A stretch of 64,000 bases of DNA from Paragordius varius. Lineage: Eukaryota > Animalia > Nematomorpha. The stretch spans positions 1 through 64,000 of the forward strand of contig OZ176056.1 of the NCBI GenBank assembly GCA_964247055.1, in the 5' to 3' direction. Position 1 is the stretch's first letter; each line of letters begins with the position of its first letter. Position numbers and translations under genes: made by a program. Shown here piece by piece: positions 22,450 to 38,300 of this stretch. Under the pieces are notes generated by a model, which worked only from the letters and a program-made list of their open reading frames with translations, was not told the DNA's origin and made no database searches.

Positions 22450-25400
22450 AAAAATAAAAATGGCTACCTAAAATCCAAATTTGATCAGGTGATGTCGCCA
22501 TAATTTTTTTTGCGTAGCCCTATGGTAGTTCTATCATCACCCCAAATATTTTAAGGATCGGACTATAAATGTAATTTTTATGATTTTTTTAAATATTTAA
22601 AAAATTTATTTTATACGATTTTAAAAATAAAAATGGCTACCTAAAATCCAAATTTGATCAGGTGATGTCACCATAATTTTTTTTGGGTAGCCCTATGGTA
22701 GTTCCATCATCATCCCAAATATTTTCGAGATCGGAGTATAAATGTAATTTTTATGAATTTTTTAAATATTTAAAAAATTTATTTTATACGATTTTAAAAA
22801 TAAAAATGGCTACCTAAAATCCAAATTTGATCAGGTGATGTCACTATAATTTTTTTTCGGTAGCCCTATGGTAGTTCCATCATCACCCCAAATATTTTGG
22901 GGATCAGACTATAAATGTAATTTTTATGAATTTTTTTAATATTTAAAAAATTTATTTTATACGATTTTAAAAATAAAAATGGCTACCTAAAATCCAAATT
23001 TGATCAGGTGATGTCACCATAATTTTTTTGGGTAGCCCTATGGTAGTTCCATCATCACCCCAAATATTGTCGAGATCGGAGTATAAATGTAATTTTTTTG
23101 AATTTTTTAAATATTTAAAAAATTTATTTAATACGATTTTAAAAATAAAAATGGCTACCTAAAATCCAAATTTGATCAGGTGATGTCGCCATAATTTTTT
23201 TTGCGTAGCCCTATGGTAGTTCTATCATCACCCCAAATATTTTAAGGATCGGACTATAAATGTAATTTTTATGATTTTTTTAAATATTTAAAAAATTTAT
23301 TTTATACGATTTTAAAAATAAAAATGGCTACCTAAAATCCAAATTTGATCAGGTGATGTCACCATAATTTTTTTTGGGTAGCCCTATGGTAGTTCCATCA
23401 TCATCCCAAATATTTTCGAGATCGGAGTATAAATGTAATTTTTATGAATTTTTTAAATATTTAAAAAATTTATTTTATACGATTTTAAAAATAAAAATGG
23501 CTACCTAAAATCCAAATTTGATCAGGTGATGTCACTATAATTTTTTTTGGGTAGCCCTATGGTAGTTCCATCATCACCCCAAATATTTTGGGGATCAGAC
23601 TATAAATGTAATTTTTATGAATTTTTTAAATATTTAAAAAATTTATTTTATACGATTTTAAAAATAAAAATGGCTACCTAAAATCCAAATTTGATCAGGT
23701 GATGTCACCATAATTTTTTTGGGTAGCCCTATGGTAGTTCCATCATCACCCCAAATATTGTCGAGATCGGAGTATAAATGTAATTTTTTTGAATTTTTTA
23801 AATATTTAAAAAATTTATTTAATACGATTTTAAAAATAAAAATGGCTACCTAAAATCCAAATTTGATCAGGTGATGTCGCCATAATTTTTTTTGCGTAGC
23901 CCTATGGTAGTTCTATCATCACCCCAAATATTTTAAGGATCGGACTATAAATGTAATTTTTATGATTTTTTTAAATATTTAAAAAATTTATTTTATACGA
24001 TTTTAAAAATAAAAATGGCTACCTAAAATCCAAATTTGATCAGGTGATGTCACCATAATTTTTTTTGGGTAGCCCTATGGTAGTTCCATCATCATCCTTA
24101 ATATTTCCGAGATCGGAGTATAAATGTAATTTTTATGAATTTTTTAAATATTTAAAAAATTTATTTTATACGATTTTAAAAATAAAAATGGCTACCTAAA
24201 ATCCAAATTTGATCAGGTGATGTCACTATAATTTTTTTTGGGTAGCCCTATGGTAGTTCTATCATCACCCCAAATATTTTAAGGATCGGACTATAAATGT
24301 AATTTTTATGATTTTTTTAAATATTTAAAAAATTTATTTTATACGATTTTAAAAATAAAAATGGCTACCTAAAATCCAAATTTGATCAGGTGATGTCACT
24401 ATAATTTTTTTTGGGTAGCCCTATGGTAGTTCCATCATCACCCCAAATATTTTGGGGATCAGACTATAAATGTAATTTTTATGAATTTTTTAAATATTTA
24501 AAAAATTTATTTTATACGATTTTAAAAATAAAAATGGCTACCTAAAATCCAAATTTGATCAGGTGATGTCACCATAATTTTTTTGGGTAGCCCTATGGTA
24601 GTTCCATCATCACCCCAAATATTGTCGAGATCGGAGTATAAATGTAATTTTTTTGAATTTTTTAAATATTTAAAAAATTTATTTAATACGATTTTAAAAA
24701 TAAAAATGGCTACCTAAAATCCAAATTTGATCAGGTGATGTCGCCATAATTTTTTTTGCGTAGCCCTATGGTAGTTCTATCATCACCCCAAATATTTTAA
24801 GGATCGGACTATAAATGTAATTTTTATGATTTTTTTAAATATTTAAAAAATTTATTTTATACGATTTTAAAAATAAAAATGGCTACCTAAAATCCAAATT
24901 TGATCAGGTGATGTCACCATAATTTTTTTTGGGTAGCCCTATGGTAGTTCCATCATCATCCCAAATATTTTCGAGATCGGAGTATAAATGTAATTTTTAT
25001 GAATTTTTTAAATATTTAAAAAATTTATTTTATACGATTTTAAAAATAAAAATGGCTACCTAAAATCCAAATTTGATCAGGTGATGTCACTATAATTTTT
25101 TTTGGGTAGCCCTATGGTAGTTCCATCATCACCCCAAATATTTTGGGGATCAGACTATAAATGTAATTTTTATGAATTTTTTAAATATTTAAAAAATTTA
25201 TTTTATACGATTTTAAAAATAAAAATGGCTACCTAAAATCCAAATTTGATCAGGTGATGTCACCATAATTTTTTTGGGTAGCCCTATGGTAGTTCCATCA
25301 TCACCCCAAATATTGTCGAGATCGGAGTATAAATGTAATTTTTTTGAATTTTTTAAATATTTAAAAAATTTATTTAATACGATTTTAAAAATAAAAATGG

Positions 25401-28400
25401 CTACCTAAAATCCAAATTTGATCAGGTGATGTAGCCATAATTTTTTTTGCGTAGCCCTATGGTAGTTCTATCATCACCCCAAATATTTTAAGGATCGGAC
25501 TATAAATGTAATTTTTATGATTTTTTTAAATATTTAAAAAATTTATTTTATACGATTTTAAAAATAAAAATGGCTACCTAAAATCCAAATTTGATCAGGT
25601 GATGTCACCATAATTTTTTTTGGGTAGCCCTATGGTAGTTCCATCATCATCCTTAATATTTCCGAGATCGGAGTATAAATGTAATTTTTATGAATTTTTT
25701 AAATATTTAAAAAATTTATTTTATACGATTTTAAAAATAAAAATGGCTACCTAAAATCCAAATTTGATCAGGTGATGTCACTATAATTTTTTTTGGGTAG
25801 CCCTATGGTAGTTCTATCATCACCCCAAATATTTTAAGGATCGGACTATAAATGTAATTTTTATGATTTTTTTAAATATTTAAAAAATTTATTTTATACG
25901 ATTTTAAAAATAAAAATGGCTACCTAAAATCCAAATTTGATCAGGTGATGTCACTATAATTTTTTTTGGGTAGCCCTATGGTAGTTCCATCATCACCCCA
26001 AATATTTTGGGGATCAGACTATAAATGTAATTTTTATGAATTTTTTAAATATTTAAAAAATTTATTTTATACGATTTTAAAAATAAAAATGGCTACCTAA
26101 AATCCAAATTTGATCAGGTGATGTCACCATAATTTTTTTGGGTAGCCCTATGGTAGTTCCATCATCACCCCAAATATTGTCGAGATCGGAGTATAAATGT
26201 AATTTTTTTGAATTTTTTAAATATTTAAAAAATTTATTTAATACGATTTTAAAAATAAAAATGGCTACCTAAAATCCAAATTTGATCAGGTGATGTCGCC
26301 ATAATTTTTTTTGCGTAGCCCTATGGTAGTTCTATCATCACCCCAAATATTTTAAGGATCGGACTATAAATGTAATTTTTATGAATTTTTTAAATATTTA
26401 AAAAATTTATTTTATACGATTTTAAAAATAAAAATGGCTACCTAAAATCCAAATTTGATCAGGTGATGTCACCATAATTTTTTTTGGGTAGCCCTATGGT
26501 AGTTCCATCATCATCCCAAATATTTTCGAGATCGGAGTATAAATGTAATTTTTATGAATTTTTTAAATATTTAAAAAATTTATTTTATACGATTTTAAAA
26601 ATAAAAATGGCTACCTAAAATCCAAATTTGATCAGGTGATGTCACTATAATTTTTTTTGGGTAGCCCTATGGTAGTTCCATCATCACCCCAAATATTTTG
26701 GGGATCAGACTATAAATGTAATTTTTATGAATTTTTTAAATATTTAAAAAATTTATTTTATACGATTTTAAAAATAAAAATGGCTACCTAAAATCCAAAT
26801 TTGATCAGGTGATGTCACCATAATTTTTTTGGGTAGCCCTATGGTAGTTCCATCATCACCCCAAATATTGTCGAGATCGGAGTATAAATGTAATTTTTTT
26901 GAATTTTTTAAATATTTAAAAAATTTATTTAATACGATTTTAAAAATAAAAATGGCTACCTAAAATCCAAATTTGATCAGGTGATGTCACCATAATTTTT
27001 TTGGGTAGCCCTATGGTAGTTCCATCATCACCCCAAATATTGTCGAGATCGGAGTATAAATGTAATTTTTTTGAATTTTTTAAATATTTAAAAAATTTAT
27101 TTAATACGATTTTAAAAATAAAAATGGCTACCTAAAATCCAAATTTGATCAGGTGATGTCGCCATAATTTTTTTTGCGTAGCCCTATGGTAGTTCTATCA
27201 TCACCCCAAATATTTTAAGGATCGGACTATAAATGTAATTTTTATGATTTTTTTAAATATTTAAAAAATTTATTTTATACGATTTTAAAAATAAAAATGG
27301 CTACCTAAAATCCAAATTTGATCAGGTGATGTCGCCATAATTTTTTTTGCGTAGCCCTATGGTAGTTCTATCATCACCCCAAATATTTTAAGGATCGGAC
27401 TATAAATGTAATTTTTATGATTTTTTTAAATATTTAAAAAATTTATTTTATACGATTTTAAAAATAAAAATGGCTACCTAAAATCCAAATTTGATCAGGT
27501 GATGTCACCATAATTTTTTTTGGGTAGCCCTATGGTAGTTCCATCATCATCCCAAATATTTTCGAGATCGGAGTATAAATGTAATTTTTATGAATTTTTT
27601 AAATATTTAAAAAATTTATTTTATACGATTTTAAAAATAAAAATGGCTACCTAAAATCCAAATTTGATCAGGTGATGTCACTATAATTTTTTTTGGGTAG
27701 CCCTATGGTAGTTCCATCATCACCCCAAATATTTTCGAGATCGGAGTATAAATGTAATTTTTATGAATTTTTTAAATATTTAAAAAATTTATTTTATACG
27801 ATTTTAAAAATAAAAATGGCTACCTAAAATCCAAATTTGATCAGGTGATGTCACTATAATTTTTTTTGGGTAGCCCTATGGTAGTTCCATCATCACCCCA
27901 AATATTTTGGGGATCGGACTATAAATGTAATTTTTATGAATTTTTTAAATATTTAAAAAATTTATTTTATACGATTTTAAAAATAAAAATGGCTACCTAA
28001 AATCCAAATTTGATCAGGTGATGTCACCATAATTTTTTTTGGGTAGCCCTATGGTAGTTCCATCATCACCCCAAATATTGTCGAGATCGGAGTATAAATG
28101 TAATTTTTTTGAATTTTTTAAATATTTAAAAAATTTATTTAATACGATTTTAAAAATAAAAATGGCTACCTAAAATCAAAATTTGATCAGGTGATGTCGC
28201 CATAATTTTTTTTGGGTAGCCCTATGGTAGTTCCATCATCACCCCAAATATTGTCGAGATCTGAGTATAAATGTAATTTTTTTGAATTTTTTAAATATTT
28301 AAAAAATTTATTTAATACGATTTTAAAAATAAAAATGGCTACCTAAAATCCAAATTTGATCAGGTGATGTCGCCATAATTTTTTTTGCGTAGCCCTATGG

Positions 28401-31400
28401 TAGTTCTATCATCACCCCAAATATTTTAAGGATCGGACTATAAATGTAATTTTTATGATTTTTTTAAATATTTAAAAAATTTATTTTATACGATTTTAAA
28501 AATAAAAATGGCTACCTAAAATCCAAATTTGATCAGGTGATGTCACCATAATTTTTTTTGGGTAGCCCTATGGTAGTTCCATCATCATCCCAAATATTTT
28601 CGAGATCGGAGTATAAATGTAATTTTTATGAATTTTTTAAATATTTAAAAAATTTATTTTATACGATTTTAAAAATAAAAATGGCTACCTAAAATCCAAA
28701 TTTGATCAGGTGATGTCACTATAATTTTTTTTGGGTAGCCCTATGGTAGTTCCATCATCACCCCAAATATTTTGGGGATCAGACTATAAATGTAAATTTT
28801 ATGAATTTTTTTAATATTTAAAAAATTTATTTTATACGATTTTAAAAATAAAAATGGCTACCTAAAATCCAAATTTGATCAGGTGATGTCACCATAATTT
28901 TTTTGGGTAGCCCTATGGTAGTTCCATCATCACCCCAAATATTGTCGAGATCGGAGTATAAATGTAATTTTTTTGAATTTTTTAAATATTTAAAAAATTT
29001 ATTTAATACGATTTTAAAAATAAAAATGGCTACCTAAAATCCAAATTTGATCAGGTGATGTCGCCATAATTTTTTTTGCGTAGCCCTATGGTAGTTCTAT
29101 CATCACCCCAAATATTTTAAGGATCGGACTATAAATGTAATTTTTATGATTTTTTTAAATATTTAAAAAATTTATTTTATACGATTTTAAAAATAAAAAT
29201 GGCTACCTAAAATCCAAATTTGATCAGGTGATGTCACCATAATTTTTTTTGGGTAGCCCTATGGTAGTTCCATCATCATCCCAAATATTTTCGAGATCGG
29301 AGTATAAATGTAATTTTTATGAATTTTTTAAATATTTAAAAAATTTATTTTATACGATTTTAAAAATAAAAATGGCTACCTAAAATCCAAATTTGATCAG
29401 GTGATGTCACTATAATTTTTTTTGGGTAGCCCTATGGTAGTTCCATCATCACCCCAAATATTTTGGGGATCAGACTATAAATGTAATTTTTATGAATTTT
29501 TTAAATATTTAAAAAATTTATTTTATACGATTTTAAAAATAAAAATGGCTACCTAAAATCCAAATTTGATCAGGTGATGTCACCATAATTTTTTTGGGTA
29601 GCCCTATGGTAGTTCCATCATCACCCCAAATATTGTCGAGATCGGAGTATAAATGTAATTTTTTTGAATTTTTTAAATATTTAAAAAATTTATTTAATAC
29701 GATTTTAAAAATAAAAATGGCTACCTAAAATCCAAATTTGATCAGGTGATGTCGCCATAATTTTTTTTGCGTAGCCCTATGGTAGTTCTATCATCACCCC
29801 AAATATTTTAAGGATCGGACTATAAATGTAATTTTTATGATTTTTTTAAATATTTAAAAAATTTATTTTATACGATTTTAAAAATAAAAATGGCTACCTA
29901 AAATCCAAATTTGATCAGGTGATGTCACCATAATTTTTTTTGGGTAGCCCTATGGTAGTTCCATCATCACCCCAAATATTTTCGAGATCGGAGTATAAAT
30001 GTAATTTTTATGAATTTTTTAAATATTGAAAAAATTTATTTTATACGATTTTAAAAATAAAAATGGCTACCTAAAATCCAAATTTGATCAGGTGATGTCA
30101 CCATAATTTTTTTTGGGTAGCCCTATGGTAGTTCCATCATCATCCTAAATATTTCCGAGATCGGAGTATAAATGTAATTTTTATGAATTTTTTAAATATT
30201 TAAAAAATTTATTTTATACGATTTTAAAAATAAAAATGGCTACCTAAAATCCAAATTTGATCAGGTGATGTCACTATAATTTTTTTTGGGTAGCCCTATG
30301 GTAGTTCTATCATCACCCCAAATATTTTAAGGATCGGACTATAAATGTAATTTTTATGATTTTTTTAAATATTTAAAAAATTTATTTTATACGATTTTAA
30401 AAATAAAAATGGCTACCTAAAATCCAAATTTGATCAGGTGATGTCACTATAATTTTTTTTGGGTAGCCCTATGGTAGTTCCATCATCACCCCAAATATTT
30501 TGGGGATCAGACTATAAATGTAATTTTTATGAATTTTTTAAATATTTAAAAAATTTATTTTATACGATTTTAAAAATAAAAATGGCTACCTAAAATCCAA
30601 ATTTGATCAGGTGATGTCACCATAATTTTTTTGGGTAGCCCTATGGTAGTTCCATCATCACCCCATATATTGTCGAGATCGGAGTATAAATGTAATTTTT
30701 TTGAATTTTTTAAATATTTAAAAAATTTATTTAATACGATTTTAAAAATAAAAATGGCTACCTAAAATCCAAATTTGATCAGGTGATGTCGCCATAATTT
30801 TTTTTGCGTAGCCCTATGGTAGTTCTATCATCACCCCAAATATTTTAAGGATCGGACTATAAATGTAATTTTTATGATTTTTTTAAATATTTAAAAAATT
30901 TATTTTATACGATTTTAAAAATAAAAATGGCTACCTAAAATCCAAATTTGATCAGGTGATGTCACCATAATTTTTTTTGGGTAGCCCTATGGTAGTTCCA
31001 TCATCATCCCAAATATTTTCGAGATCGGAGTATAAATGTAATTTTTATGAATTTTTTAAATATTTAAAAAATTTATTTTATACGATTTTAAAAATAAAAA
31101 TGGCTACCTAAAATCCAAATTTGATCAGGTGATGTCACTATAATTTTTTTTGGGTAGCCCTATGGTAGTTCCATCATCACCCCAAATATTTTGGGGATCA
31201 GACTATAAATGTAATTTTTATGAATTTTTTAAATATTTAAAAAATTTATTTTATACGATTTTAAAAATAAAAATGGCTACCTAAAATCCAAATTTGATCA
31301 GGTGATGTCACCATAATTTTTTTGGGTAGCCCTATGGTAGTTCCATCATCACCCCAAATATTGTCGAGATCGGAGTATAAATGTAATTTTTTTGAATTTT

Positions 31401-34400
31401 TTAAATATTTAAAAAATTTATTTAATACGATTTTAAAAATAAAAATGGCTACCTAAAATCCAAATTTGATCAGGTGATGTCGCCATAATTTTTTTTGCGT
31501 AGCCCTATGGTAGTTCTATCATCACCCCAAATATTTTAAGGATCGGACTATAAATGTAATTTTTATGATTTTTTTAAATATTTAAAAAATTTATTTTATA
31601 CGATTTTAAAAATAAAAATGGCTACCTAAAATCCAAATTTGATCAGGTGATGTCACCATAATTTTTTTTGGGTAGCCCTATGGTAGTTCCATCATCACCC
31701 CAAATATTTTCGAGATCGGAGTATAAATGTAATTTTTATGAATTTTTTAAATATTGAAAAAATTTATTTTATACGATTTTAAAAATAAAAATGGCTACCT
31801 AAAATCCAAATTTGATCAGGTGATGTCACCATAATTTTTTTTGGGTAGCCCTATGGTAGTTCCATCATCATCCTAAATATTTCCGAGATCGGAGTATAAA
31901 TGTAATTTTTATGAATTTTTTAAATATTTAAAAAATTTATTTTATACGATTTTAAAAATAAAAATGGCTACCTAAAATCCAAATTTGATCAGGTGATGTC
32001 ACTATAATTTTTTTTGGGTAGCCCTATGGTAGTTCTATCATCACCCCAAATATTTTAAGGATCGGACTATAAATGTAATTTTTATGATTTTTTTAAATAT
32101 TTAAAAAATTTATTTTATACGATTTTAAAAATAAAAATGGCTACCTTAAATCCAAATTTGATCAGGTGATGTCACTATAATTTTTTTTGGGTAGCCCTAT
32201 GGTAGTTCCATCATCACCCCAAATATTTTGGGGATCAGACTATAAATGTAATTTTTATGAATTTTTTAAATATTTAAAAAATTTATTTTATACGATTTTA
32301 AAAATAAAAATGGCTACCTAAAATCCAAATTTGATCAGGTGATGTCACCATAATTTTTTTGGGTAGCCCTATGGTAGTTCCATCATCACCCCATATATTG
32401 TCGAGATCGGAGTATAAATGTAATTTTTTTGAATTTTTTAAATATTTAAAAAATTTATTTAATACGATTTTAAAAATAAAAATGGCTACCTAAAATCCAA
32501 ATTTGATCAGGTGATGTCGCCATAATTTTTTTTGCGTAGCCCTATGGTAGTTCTATCATCACCCCAAATATTTTAAGGATCGGACTATAAATGTAATTTT
32601 TATGAATTTTTTAAATATTTAAAAAATTTATTTTATACGATTTTAAAAATAAAAATGGCTACCTAAAATCCAAATTTGATCAGGTGATGTCACCATAATT
32701 TTTTTTGGGTAGCCCTATGGTAGTTCCATCATCATCCCAAATATTTTCGAGATCGGAGTATAAATGTAATTTTTATGAATTTTTTAAATATTTAAAAAAT
32801 TTATTTTATACGATTTTAAAAATAAAAATGGCTACCTAAAATCCAAATTTGATCAGGTGATGTCACTATAATTTTTTTTGGGTAGCCCTATGGTAGTTCC
32901 ATCATCACCCCAAATATTTTGGGGATCAGACTATAAATGTAATTTTTATGAATTTTTTAAATATTTAAAAAATTTATTTTATACGATTTTAAAAATAAAA
33001 ATGGCTACCTAAAATCCAAATTTGATCAGGTGATGTCACCATAATTTTTTTTGGGTAGCCCTATGGTAGTTCCATCATCACCCCAAATATTGTCGAGATC
33101 GGAGTATAAATGTAATTTTTTTGAATTTTTTAAATATTTAAAAAATTTATTTAATACGATTTTAAAAATAAAAATGGCTACCTAAAATCCAAATTTGATC
33201 AGGTGATGTCACCATAATTTTTTTGGGTAGCCCTATGGTAGTTCCATCATTGTCGAGATCGGAGTATAAATGTAATTTTTTTGAATTTTTTAAATATTTA
33301 AAAAATTTATTTAATACGATTTTAAAAATAAAAATGGCTACCTAAAATCCAAATTTGATCAGGTGATGTCGCCATAATTTTTTTTGCGTAGCCCTATGGT
33401 AGTTCTATCATCACCCCAAATATTTTAAGGATCGGACTATAAATGTAATTTTTATGATTTTTTTAAATATTTAAAAAATTTATTTTATACGATTTTAAAA
33501 ATAAAAATGGCTACCTAAAATCCAAATTTGATCAGGTGATGTCGCCATAATTTTTTTTGCGTAGCCCTATGGTAGTTCTATCATCACCCCAAATATTTTA
33601 AGGATCGGACTATAAATGTAATTTTTATGATTTTTTTAAATATTTAAAAAATTTATTTTATACGATTTTAAAAATAAAAATGGCTACCTAAAATCCAAAT
33701 TTGATCAGGTGATGTCACCATAATTTTTTTTGGGTAGCCCTATGGTAGTTCCATCATCATCCCAAATATTTTCGAGATCGGAGTATAAATGTAATTTTTA
33801 TGTATTTTTTAAATATTTAAAAAATTTATTTTATACGATTTTAAAAATAAAAATGGCTACCTAAAATCCAAATTTGATCAGGTGATGTCACTATAATTTT
33901 TTTTGGGTAGCCCTATGGTAGTTCCATCATCACCCCAAATATTTTGGGGATCAGACTATAAATGTAATTTTTATGAATTTTTTAAATATTTAAAAAATTT
34001 ATTTTATACGATTTTAAAAATAAAAATGGCTACCTAAAATCCAAATTTGATCAGGTGATGTCACCATAATTTTTTTGGGTAGCCCTATGGTAGTTCCATC
34101 ATCACCCCAAATATTGTCGAGATCGGAGTATAAATGTAATTTTTTTGAATTTTTTAAATATTTAAAAAATTTATTTAATACGATTTTAAAAATAAAAATG
34201 GCTACCTAAAATCCAAATTTGATCAGGTGATGTCGCCATAATTTTTTTTGGGTAGCCCTATGGTAGTTCCATCATCATCCCAAATATTTTCGAGATCGGA
34301 GTATAAATGTAATTTTTATGAATTTTTTAAATATTTAAAAAATTTATTTTATACGATTTTAAAAATAAAAATGGCTACCTAAAATCCAAATTTGATCAGG

Positions 34401-37400
34401 TGATGTCACTATAATTTTTTTTGGGTAGCCCTATGGTAGTTCCATCATCACCCCAAATATTTTGGGGATCAGACTATAAATGTAATTTTTATGAATTTTT
34501 TAAATATTTAAAAAATTTATTTTATACGATTTTAAAAATAAAAATGGCTACCTAAAATCCAAATTTGATCAGGTGATGTCACCATAATTTTTTTGGGTAG
34601 CCCTATGGTAGTTCCATCATCACCCCAAATATTGTCGAGATCGGAGTATAAATGTAATTTTTTTGAATTTTTTAAATATTTAAAAAATTTATTTAATACG
34701 ATTTTAAAAATATAAATGGCTACCTAAAATCCAAATTTGATCAGGTGATGTCGCCATAATTTTTTTTGCGTAGCCCTATGGTAGTTCTATCATCACCCCA
34801 AATATTTTAAGGATCGGACTATAAATGTAATTTTTATGATTTTTTTAAATATTTAAAAAATTTATTTTATACGATTTTAAAAATAAAAATGGCTACCTAA
34901 AATCCAAATTTGATCAGGTGATGTCACCATAATTTTTTTTGGGTAGCCCTATGGTAGTTCCATCATCATCCCAAATATTTTCGAGATCGGAGTATAAATG
35001 TAATTTTTATGAATTTTTTAAATATTTAAAAAATTTATTTTATACGATTTTAAAAATAAAAATGGCTACCTAAAATCCAAATTTGATCAGGTGATGTCAC
35101 TATAATTTTTTTTGGGTAGCCCTATGGTAGTTCCATCATCACCCCAAATATTTTGGGGATCAGACTATAAATGTAATTTTTATGAATTTTTTAAATATTT
35201 AAAAAATTTATTTTATACGATTTTAAAAATAAAAATGGCTACCTAAAATCCAAATTTGATCAGGTGATGTCACCATAATTTTTTTGGGTAGCCCTATGGT
35301 AGTTCCATCATCACCCCAAATATTGTCGAGATCGGAGTATAAATGTAATTTTTTTGAATTTTTTAAATATTTAAAAAATTTATTTAATACGATTTTAAAA
35401 ATAAAAATGGCTACCTAAAATCCAAATTTGATCAGGTGATGTCGCCATAATTTTTTTTGCGTAGCCCTATGGTAGTTCTATCATCACCCCAAATATTTTA
35501 AGGATCGGACTATAAATGTAATTTTTATGATTTTTTTAAATATTTAAAAAATTTATTTTATACGATTTTAAAAATAAAAATGGCTACCTAAAATCCAAAT
35601 TTGATCAGGTGATGTCACCATAATTTTTTTTGGGTAGCCCTATGGTAGTTCCATCATCACCCCAAATATTTTCGAGATCGGAGTATAAATGTAATTTTTA
35701 TGAATTTTTTAAATATTGAAAAAATTTATTTTATACGATTTTAAAAATAAAAATGGCTACCTAAAATCCAAATTTGATCAGGTGATGTCACCATAATTTT
35801 TTTGGGTAGCCCTATGGTAGTTCCATCATCACCCCAAATATTGTCGAGATCGGAGTATAAATGTAATTTTTTTGAATTTTTTAAATATTTAAAAAATTTA
35901 TTTAATACGATTTTAAAAATAAAAATGGCTACCTAAAATCCAAATTTGATCAGGTGATGTCGCCATAATTTTTTTTGCATAGCCCTATGGTAGTTCTATC
36001 ATCACCCCAAATATTTTAAGGATCGGACTATAAATGTAATTTTTATGATTTTTTTAAATATTTAAAAAATTTATTTTATACGATTTTAAAAATAAAAATG
36101 GCTACCTAAAATCCAAATTTGATCAGGTGATGTCACCATAATTTTTTTTGGGTAGCCCTATGGTAGTTCCATCATCATCCCAAATATTTTCGAGATCGGA
36201 GTATAAATGTAATTTTTATGAATTTTTTAAATATTTAAAAAATTTATTTTATACGATTTTAAAAATAAAAATGGCTACCTAAAATCCAAATTTGATCAGG
36301 TGATGTCACTATAATTTTTTTTGGGTAGCCCTATGGTAGTTCCATCATCACCCCAAATATTTTGGGGATCAGACTATAAATGTAATTTTTATGAATTTTT
36401 TAAATATTTAAAAAATTTATTTTATACGATTTTAAAAATAAAAATGGCTACCTAAAATCCAAATTTGATCAGGTGATGTCACCATAATTTTTTTTGGGTA
36501 GCCCTATGGTAGTTCCATCATCACCCCAAATACTTTGGGGATCGGACTATAAATGTAATTTTTATGAATTTTTTAAATATTTAAAAAATTTATTTTATAC
36601 GATTTTAAAAATAAAAATGGCTACCTAAAATCCAAATTTGATCAGGTGATGTCACCATAATTTTTTTGGGTAGCCCTATGGTAGTTCCATCATCACCCCA
36701 AATATTGTCGAGATCGGAGTATAAATGTAATTTTTTTGAATTTTTTAAATATTTAAAAAATTTATTTAATACGATTTTAAAAATAAAAATGGCTACCTAA
36801 AATCCAAATTTGATCAGGTGATGTCGCCATAATTTTTTTTGCGTAGCCCTATGGTAGTTCTATCATCACCCCAAATATTTTAAGGATCGGACTATAAATG
36901 TAATTTTTATGATTTTTTTAAATATTTAAAAAATTTATTTTATACGATTTTAAAAATAAAAATGGCTACCTAAAATCCAAATTTGATCAGGTGATGTCAC
37001 CATAATTTTTTTTGGGTAGCCCTATGGTAGTTCCATCATCACCCCAAATATTTTCGAGATCGGAGTATAAATGTAATTTTTATGAATTTTTTAAATATTG
37101 AAAAAATTTATTTTATACGATTTTAAAAATAAAAATGGCTACCTAAAATCCAAATTTGATCAGGTGATGTCACCATAATTTTTTTGGGTAGCCCTATGGT
37201 AGTTCCATCATCACCCCAAATATTGTCGAGATCGGAGTATAAATGTAATTTTTTTGAATTTTTTAAATATTTAAAAAATTTATTTAATACGATTTTAAAA
37301 ATAAAAATGGCTACCTAAAATCCAAATTTGATCAGGTGATGTCGCCATAATTTTTTTTGCATAGCCCTATGGTAGTTCTATCATCACCCCAAATATTTTA

Positions 37401-38300
37401 AGGATCGGACTATAAATGTAATTTTTATGATTTTTTTAAATATTTAAAAAATTTATTTTATACGATTTTAAAAATAAAAATGGCTACCTAAAATCCAAAT
37501 TTGATCAGGTGATGTCACCATAATTTTTTTTGGGTAGCCCTATGGTAGTTCCATCATCATCCCAAATATTTTCGAGATCGGAGTATAAATGTAATTTTTA
37601 TGAATTTTTTAAATATTTAAAAAATTTATTTTATACGATTTTAAAAATAAAAATGGCTACCTAAAATCCAAATTTGATCAGGTGATGTCACTATAATTTT
37701 TTTTGGGTAGCCCTATGGTAGTTCCATCATCACCCCAAATATTTTGGGGATCAGACTATAAATGTAATTTTTATGAATTTTTTAAATATTTAAAAAATTT
37801 ATTTTATACGATTTTAAAAATAAAAATGGCTACCTAAAATCCAAATTTGATCAGGTGATGTCACCATAATTTTTTTGGGTAGCCCTATGGTAGTTCCATC
37901 ATCACCCCAAATATTGTCGAGATCGGAGTATAAATGTAATTTTTTTGAATTTTTTAAATATTTAAAAAATTTATTTAATACGATTTTAAAAATAAAAATG
38001 GCTACCTAAAATCCAAATTTGATCAGGTGATGTCGCCATAATTTTTTTTGCGTAGCCCTATGGTAGTTCTATCATCACCCCAAATATTTTAAGGATCGGA
38101 CTATAAATGTAATTTTTATGATTTTTTTAAATATTTAAAAAATTTATTTTATACGATTTTAAAAATAAAAATGGCTACCTAAAATCCAAATTTGATCAGG
38201 TGATGTCACCATAATTTTTTTTGGGTAGCCCTATGGTAGTTCCATCATCACCCCAAATATTTTCGAGATCGGAGTATAAATGTAATTTTTATGAATTTTT
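22450..38300. repeat. Satellite HOR domain built on a 4-monomer (~691 bp) A-B-C-D unit, with 5-, 9- and 10-mer derivatives
   Basis: Cyclic order A (TTGTCGAG, TTAATACG), B (GCGTAGCC, TTCTATC, AAGGATC), C (CATCATCCC), D (TCACT, GGGGATCAGAC). B monomers at 22512/23203/23893 and 28386/29078/29769 are ~691 bp apart. Confidence 0.88.
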
